From Azolla caroliniana (lineage: Eukaryota > Plantae > Polypodiophyta), in assembly GCA_043228905.1 (NCBI GenBank), contig JBHGNT010000939.1, positions 1 to 13,614 of the forward strand: a stretch of 13,614 nt of DNA, read 5' to 3'. Of the stretch, positions 7,598-13,614 are shown one piece after another (within the stretch, counting starts at the first letter, position 1; every line of letters starts with the position of its first letter). The notes below the pieces were generated by a model that was not told where the DNA came from, made no database searches, and worked only from the letters and a program-made list of their open reading frames with translations. Both the position numbers and the translations under genes were made by a program.

Positions 7598-9381
7598 TTT
7601 GGGGCATTTTTTCCCATTTCACAAAACACCTTGATACTAGTATCACATGTTCTCGAAAACTTGATGAAAATGCTAAAAATTTCACCATTTTGTAAAATTG
7701 GAAAATGTCAAATTTTGGCCAAATATGAAAAGTAACTTTGTGTATTTTAAAGGGAAAATGACAACTAATAAATTTTTAGATCTTAAAGAAATCAAAAGTG
7801 AAAGATTTCAAAACAATCAGCTTCTGTATATCATTAAATAAAATGTTGTCTAAATCTATTACATATCGTTGCACAAAATATACATTCAAGGGTTATTTGC
7901 ATCACTATGATTGCTCCTTTCATGAGAGTCACTATTATAGCTAATATACAATTGTGACTCTTCCTCCTCATTTTCAAATATACCAATCAAAGCATTGTCT
8001 TCACCTAAACCAGATGGTGTCTCCAAATTATGTGCACTAAATCTTGTCCGCATTCAATCTGAGACACCTTCTAGACTTGGTAATTTCTCTTTTATTATTT
8101 CTATCATTGACATCCTTAAACATCCAACTTTTATCAGTGTAAAGTCATAAACAATGATTACCATCGACACAATTATTCTAAAAACAGAGATTTCAATACA
8201 ATTCAATACAATGTAATGAATTTAAATTGCAATACAATTCAATACTCAGGTTCAAAGTGTTTTCATCACAATTCGATTCTTAGTATCGAAATCAAGTTCA
8301 AAGTTTTTATTTTATTTAGTTTTGTTTTTTTTCGGGGGAAAAAAAACTTCAATCCTGAACTCGATACTAAGTATCGAATTGTAATGAAAACACCCTATTT
8401 TCACCACAATTAAATACTCAGTATCAAATTCAGGTTTCGAATTGTGATGTTTTATCACAAATTGATACTGAGTATCGAATTGAGGTTTAAAGTTTTGAAA
8501 AAAAAAATATCCAAATAAAATAAAATAAAAACTTTGAACCTAAATTCTATACTAAGAATCGAATTGTGATGAAAACACTTTGAACCTGAGTATCGAATTG
8601 TACTACAATCTGAATTCATTACCTTATATCGAATTGTACTAAAATCTCTTATTTTAAAATAATTGTGTCCATGGTAATCTTTGTGTATGACTTTACACTA
8701 ACAAAAGTTGGATGAGCAAGTGAGTTTTCATTCACATGATGATTAAAGGCTTAACGTTTTCACCATGGATCACCTGAACCAATTCCTCCATTAGTTGGTG
8801 AACTTAGGGAGTTTATTGATATTGACAATGAGCTAGTAGAGGACCCTACCATTGCTAACCTATGTGGAATAGATACTACTGCACAAATTTTGGAGAGTAG
8901 TGTGTCCATACCTTGATAACTATGTGATATGCTCCAAGGACATATTAATGTTCACGTCTAGGTTTGACAGTTTTGATAGTTCATGAATATTTTCTACATT
9001 TTTGGAGTTCTGACTTTATCTATGTTGATGAGCAATAAATTTATAGATGTTGATGACACTTCTGAAACCTACATCTCCTCAATTGCCTAAAACCATTAAT
9101 CTTAATTTGTGCTTTGAGTTAACCATTGTGATTTTCCTTAAGTTAAGTACATTTCATATTTGTAGACCATCAACATTTAAAAATTTATCGAAAAACTATT
9201 GAATTTTAGAAATTACCATTTTGACACTTCTTAAATCTCAAAAAATCAACAAAATTTCTATGTTATTTACGACATGCGATACTGGTGTATCAACTTTCTG
9301 AAAATGCCTAAAATCACAAATTATAAAAGGAATCTAATAATGGAATGTGTGATCCTTCCACTTTTGAATTCGAACATGTTT
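7596..9381. mobile_element. AT-rich insertion in copia E, probably a non-autonomous TIR DNA transposon
   Basis: Splits E pol between ...YLRGTS (9382) and YMVVVEAG (7597). Degenerate inverted similarity between ~7596-7720 and ~9215-9314 (attttggggcatttt / aaaatgcctaaaat; ttgatactagtatcacatgt / acatgcgatactggtgtatcaa). No TSD recovered. Confidence 0.5.
8121..8714. mobile_element. Foldback/MITE-like element, ~594 bp, nearly fully palindromic
   Basis: catccaactttt...gtgtaaagtcata at the left is the reverse complement of tatgactttacac...aaaagttggatg at the right. The arms pair over about 8121-8393 and 8444-8714. Confidence 0.85.
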
Positions 9382-10538
9382 TGAGGTGCCTCTTAGGTAT
9401 CAGAGTATCCACTTAACCGCCCCCTAATGTTCCTTGCCGGTATTGCTCATGAAACGGTTGACCATTTCGATAGTATACCCAATGTCTAGCATGGTGCACA
9501 CCATTGCATACATCAAGCTTCCGACTACTGAGGCCTATGGGATCTTGTTTATCTCTACTTTCTTTGCTTTCTACTTCAGACATTGGTTTTCGCTGAGCTT
9601 GTTGTTTATCGGCGAGCTTGAGCCTACCGGCTTCACATCCTGCATGTTGAATCTCTTGAGCACCTTTGTCACATATTTCTCTTCTGACAACCACAATAAC
9701 CCTTTTCTCCTTTCCCAAACAATGTGCATTCCCAAAATCTATTTAGCCGAACCCATGTCCTTCATAGAAAAAGACTTGCTCAGGGCCTTTTTTGAGCTTT
9801 CAATTTTCTTCAAGTCCTATTCGACAATCAACATGTCATCAACATACAACATGAAGATAAGGAAGTCTCTTCCATCATATTTCTTCACAAAAAAACAATG
9901 ATCAGTATGTGTCTTGTTGAAGCCATGTTCTACCATGAAGGATGCAAATTTCCAATACCATTGTTGGGGCACTTGCTTCAACCCATAAAAGTTCTTCCTC
10001 AGTCACCATACCAAGTTTTCCTTACCTTGCCCTACAAATCCTTCTGGCTACTACATGTAGTCTAAGATTTCTTCTTCCAAATCTCTATGTAGAAAAGCAG
10101 ATTTGACATCCAACTACTCCAGTTCTAGATCCATGTTGGTCGTTATGCTCAACATTGTCCTAATGGATGTCATTTTTACAACCGGGGAAAATATTTCATC
10201 GAAGTTCACAACCTTTTTACGTTGGAAGCCCTTCAACACGATGTGGGCTTTGAAACTAGGTGGATTTCCGCCTTCTCTCGACTTCAATTTGTAGACCCAC
10301 TTATTCTGGAGTGCCTTCTTACCTTCTGGCAACTCGGTCAACTTGTATGTGTGGTTCTCATGCAAGGAATTCATCTCATCTTGCATGGCATGTAACCATT
10401 CTTTGGTATGGGTATCTCTCTTAGCTTCCTTGATGCTTTTTGGCTCCCCCTCATCAGTTAAGAAAACATATTCTTTTTCCGAAAATCTATGGGGGGCCCT
10501 TCTATTTCTCAAGGGTATCTCCTGCCTTGGTTCTCATC
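9382..10538 (-). pseudogene. pol: Copia E pol, reverse transcriptase (degenerate)
   Basis: EYVFLTDEGEP, WLHAMQDEMNSL, NKWVYKLK, FDEIFSPVVKMTSIR, YVDD at 9846-9835, KWIL*YLRGTS. Multiple stops and frameshifts. Confidence 0.95.
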
Positions 10539-10597
10539 TATAAAGAATCGGGTGTGATTCTCTACAGTAGAAGGTGTGTGTGTGTGTGTGTGTGTGT

Positions 10598-10635
<38 letters not shown>

Positions 10636-11062
10636 ATTCTCGTCTTTGGAGGTCAAATATGACCTATGAAACCAAAAATATTACATTTCACGTGATACGT
10701 GTGAAAGTGAGTAGTGACTCTCGATGTTCAAGAACATTACCAATGAATGTTGCAATCGAGAGTGCACATTGTGGTTGTGAGAGGAATTCAAGGTATACAA
10801 AAAAACAGAAAAAACTGTATTAACAAGGGAATAAGACAACCAACAATTACAAAGAGGAGGAGAAGGTGCTTATGTAGTCACCTTCTCTCTATGTTCTCTT
10901 ACTTGCAAGGTAGGTGGAAACTTAAATATCTACTAAATATGTGTCATAGAACCTTAAAGTTCTATGACGCACTAGTTACTATACTAGGAGGTGGGGTGTT
11001 CACACACTTGAGTATACTAAGGTGTGTTCCCACACTAGGGAAGTTGAGTTTGATTCTAAACA
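10539..11062 (-). mobile_element. Solo LTR (F, 524 bp) of the element-B family inserted in the IN-RT linker of E
   Basis: Perfect 5-bp TSD tcatc at 10534-10538 and 11063-11067. Minus strand begins tgtttagaatcaaactcaactt (B LTR: ttttgagaatcaagctcaactt) and ends gattctttata (B: gattctttaca). Shares internal blocks with B. Confidence 0.88.
10574..10631. repeat. Compound (GT)n-(AG)n microsatellite within LTR F
   Basis: Direct reading. Corresponds to the shorter (CT)n/(CA)n tract in LTR B at ~4621-4648. Confidence 0.95.
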
Positions 11063-11856
11063 TCATCAGTCAGCTCTTCATCATTCTCTTCTGTTGGCTC
11101 CTCATCCTCATCCAATTCGAATCCCTGTCCAACTGGTTGCCTTCCGAACGATCTAAATTCCTATTTGGATCCAAATTCTGGATGCCTTTCGGCTGATCTG
11201 GTTCCCTGTCCGGATCAGGCTGGTCCACTATGTTCTTCAGTTAACATCTGGCTTTCAGTCGGTTGGGTGTGTATATCATCCGACTATTCTCTTCTAGTCG
11301 ACTAGGAGGATGTTCCCGTCTTCTCCGTCTCCCAATCGGCAATAGTATTTTCTTCCATGAAGACTATGTCCCGGCTCCTGATGACCTTCTTGTCAATCAG
11401 GTCCCACAGTCGGTAGCCAAAGTCATCTTCATTGTACCCCAAGAAAATACATGGCCAACTTTTAGGATCCAATTTTTCTCTCTAGTCCTTGTCAACATGC
11501 ACATATGATAGGCAATCGAACACCCTCAAATGCTGGTATGACACATCTTTGCCCATCCACACCCTCTGTGGGACATCACCATCTAATGGGACTAAGGGAG
11601 ACATGTTTATGACGTGACCAACCATCATCAACACCTAAGCCCAAAAGGTTTTCGGCAACTTAGCATGTGCCAACATACATCAGACTCTCTCCATCACATT
11701 CTGCTTCATCCTCTAGGCCACTCCATTTAGTTCCAGAGTCTTCGGCACTGTATACTCCAGCCAGATACCTTGTGACCGTCAGTACTCTTCACACTGCCCT
11801 TTGTACTCCCCTCCATTTTCTGTCTAGACTGCTTTTAGCTTTCGGGTCGAAGCATG
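11063..11856 (-). pseudogene. pol: Copia E pol, integrase core and C-terminus plus acidic linker; 5' part missing
   Basis: RKLKAV*TENGGEYKGQ...PKTLELNGVA*RMKQ...AKLPKTFWA...SRDIVFMEENTIADWE, with linker ELDEDEEPTEENDEE. Confidence 0.92.
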
Positions 11857-11959
11857 CTACGGTGTACCAACTTTTGGCCAAAAATTTAGTACTAAATCGA
11901 AGAAGAAAATAAACATTAAAAATTGTAAATAAGTTTCAAAAAACAAAAAACAAATTCAT

Positions 11960-12004
11960 TACGTCACACTCGAATGCACAAAGATATTATACGTCACACT
12001 CGAA
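11960..12004. repeat. 15-bp direct repeat tacgtcacactcgaa containing TGACGT (minus strand)
   Basis: Copies at 11960-11974 and 11990-12004, 30-bp period. Confidence 0.85.
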
Positions 12005-12116
12005 ATGTCCCTAGGCCATATTTAATACATTAATTGTTGCCCCAGTCTCCTAGGTAGAGTTGTACGAAAGCACACCTGGAGAAGGTATCCATTGTGACAG
12101 TTGGTCAGTCTCAGTA

Positions 12117-12294
12117 TCTCTCTCTCTCTCTCTCTCTCTCTAGTATGGGTAGTCGAACGTGTCAATTGGTATATCTCTCTCTCACTCTCTCTCTCTCTCT
12201 CTCTCCTGTCTCGAAGTTGTCAGACAGACAATGACAGAAAGTTAAAGAAAGACGACATATCTATTACAGGTCTATCTCTCTCTTTCTCTCTCTC
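12117..12294 (+). repeat. (CT)n tracts, typical of plant promoter-proximal or 5' UTR regions
   Basis: Tracts at ~12117-12141, 12174-12205 and 12275-12294. Confidence 0.8.
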
Positions 12295-12749
12295 ACTCCA
12301 CCTTCGATTCTCTGTTTCCCCGCGTAGCTGTTCTTGTGTTCCCCTCTGTGCCAGGTTCAATCTCTGAACTCTGTATACGCAGAGATTTTTGTTTCCCCTG
12401 CTCGTTGTATGTGTTGTTGATTTTCCTTCCTTGTGTATGCTCGTTTGTCTCCTCTGTCTATGCTCGTTTGTCTCCTCTGCAGCAGCCTCGTTTGTCGAAA
12501 TCAACACGGTGTGGTACCTCTGCAAGTTGTACGACCTCTAGGTATTCTCTGTGTTGCATCCCCAACTGGTATGTTTTCTTTTTCTGAATGTTTCCTGTCT
12601 GTCTGTTTTTTATTTGCATGTGTAGCCATTTTTAGGGTTTGATTACTCATAGTCTATGTGTTGCATCCCCAACTGGTATGTTTTTGTTTTCTCTGTGTTT
12701 CTCTGTGTTTCTTTTAAAAATGTATGACAATATTTTGATCAAGGTGGTT

Positions 12750-13097
12750 GTGTGTTAGACATGTTTGTACATGCAACGTAAATGGAGTTGGCTATGATGA
12801 GTTGCTATGTTTTCGTTTTGTTCTTGTTTCCTGTCCATCTGTTTTATTTTGTGTGAGTTTGACATGGATGAGTGTTTTTCCGACTATTTTGGGTTTTGGT
12901 GTGTTTGACATGGCTTGTACATGCGATGTGATGGAGTTGGCTATGATGATTTACAATGTTTTCGTTTTCTTTGACTTTCCTATCCGTCTGTTTTTATTGT
13001 CTGTGTGTTTGACATGGATGAGTTTTTTTCCGACTATTTAGGGTTATTGTGTGTTTGACATGGTTTGTACATGCAATGTGATGATTTGCTATGTGTT
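12750..13097. repeat. ~150-bp tandem repeat, 2 copies plus a partial third
   Basis: Units start gtgtgtt(a/t)gacatg at 12750, 12899 and 13049. Shared blocks atggagttggctatgatga and gtttgacatggatgagt...ttccgactattt. Confidence 0.9.
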
Positions 13098-13167
13098 GAT
13101 GGTAATTGCTTGAGTTTTCTTCTAGTACATGCATATTCATTCCCTGAGAATTGTGTTGACTAGGACA

Positions 13168-13614
13168 ATGACGAGAAGGACACCCATAAAGAAGACATTG
13201 ATGAAAGAGAAAGTGAAGACACCAGTGAAGGAAGGAAGAAGGACACCCATGAAAGAAAGCAAGAAGACACCCACAAGAGAAAGGGTGATGAATTCATCAA
13301 CACAAAGAAAGAAGATGTACCACTCCATCAGTCGAGACACACCTCTTGGATGGAATTATTTCCTTCGAGCACGACCTGACGTTTATCCAGAGCTGAGAGA
13401 GTGGTTGTTAAAAACCTGGGGGTCAGCACATCCCGACACAAGGCGAGGATTCCACATAAGTGGTTTGAAGAGGGAATACATGAATTTATTGAAGACGAGA
13501 TACGAACATGTTTATGATACAAATCAAATCACTAACAATGAGGTGGGTACTGTTTTTGCACGTGCTTTTGCATGTGAAGTTCAAGGTGGCATTGACGTAA
13601 ATTGGGAAGATTTT
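13168..13614 (+). CDS. Uncharacterised protein, N-terminal 149 aa, open to the window end
   Basis: Stop-free frame MTRRTPIKKTLMKEKVKTPVKEGRRTPMKESKKTPTRERVMNSSTQRKKMYHSISRDTPLGWNYFLRARPDVYPELREWLLKTWGSAHPDTRRGFHISGLKREYMNLLKTRYEHVYDTNQITNNEVGTVFARAFACEVQGGIDVNWEDF. Preceded by an acceptor-like ttgtgttgactag and acaATG context, with a sharp shift from T-rich to purine-rich composition. Confidence 0.7.
   Translation, partial: MTRRTPIKKTLMKEKVKTPVKEGRRTPMKESKKTPTRERVMNSSTQRKKMYHSISRDTPLGWNYFLRARPDVYPELREWLLKTWGSAHPDTRRGFHISGLKREYMNLLKTRYEHVYDTNQITNNEVGTVFARAFACEVQGGIDVNWEDF

Noticed and set aside
8199-8640. Spaced palindromic repeats resembling a CRISPR array
   Set aside because: Eukaryotic TE context, degenerate and irregularly spaced repeats, spacers that mirror each other across the foldback, and no cas genes.
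9396-9405. ggtatcagag resembling a tRNA-Met PBS
   Set aside because: It is the antisense of the RT codons for WIL*YL, and no LTR end precedes it.
10748-10752. tgttg as an alternative end of LTR F
   Set aside because: No TSD match there, whereas 10539 gives a perfect tcatc TSD and matches the B LTR end.
9434-11912. Plus-strand ORFs of 63-155 aa
   Set aside because: Antisense to copia E pol or spanning the LTR F junction.
12101-13340. Hydrophobic, membrane-looking short ORFs
   Set aside because: Produced by CT/GT-rich repeats and intron-like sequence, or antisense to the Lys/Arg-rich ORF at 13168.

Overview
Eukaryotic land-plant DNA (probably a non-seed plant such as a fern or lycophyte; this is inferred from the element types) made almost entirely of decayed, nested transposable elements. 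Left nest (1-5510): a minus-strand Tork/Tnt1-like copia (A; gag start, tRNA-iMet PBS, 5' LTR 80-823) sits in an LTR-like segment (C, 824-1367). C interrupts a plus-strand copia (B; IN-RT-RH pseudogene 1368-4051, 3' LTR 4304-4698), and B is inserted in the gag of a minus-strand Ty3/gypsy element (D). The 5' LTR of D carries an in-phase heat-shock-element array next to its TATA box. Middle (5511-6780): a tRNA/SINE-like head, a copia gag remnant, a probable solo LTR, a (TG)n microsatellite and a BRCT-domain host-gene fragment. Right nest (6778-11856): a second minus-strand Tork-like copia (E) broken by a TIR-type insertion containing a ~594 bp near-complete foldback palindrome, and by a B-family solo LTR with a perfect TCATC target-site duplication. 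From ~11857 a different unit begins, with palindromes, duplicated splice-site cassettes, a 150-bp tandem repeat and an uninterrupted 149-codon ORF of unknown family running off the window end (missing from the ORF track). All alignments were done by eye; no database searches were run.
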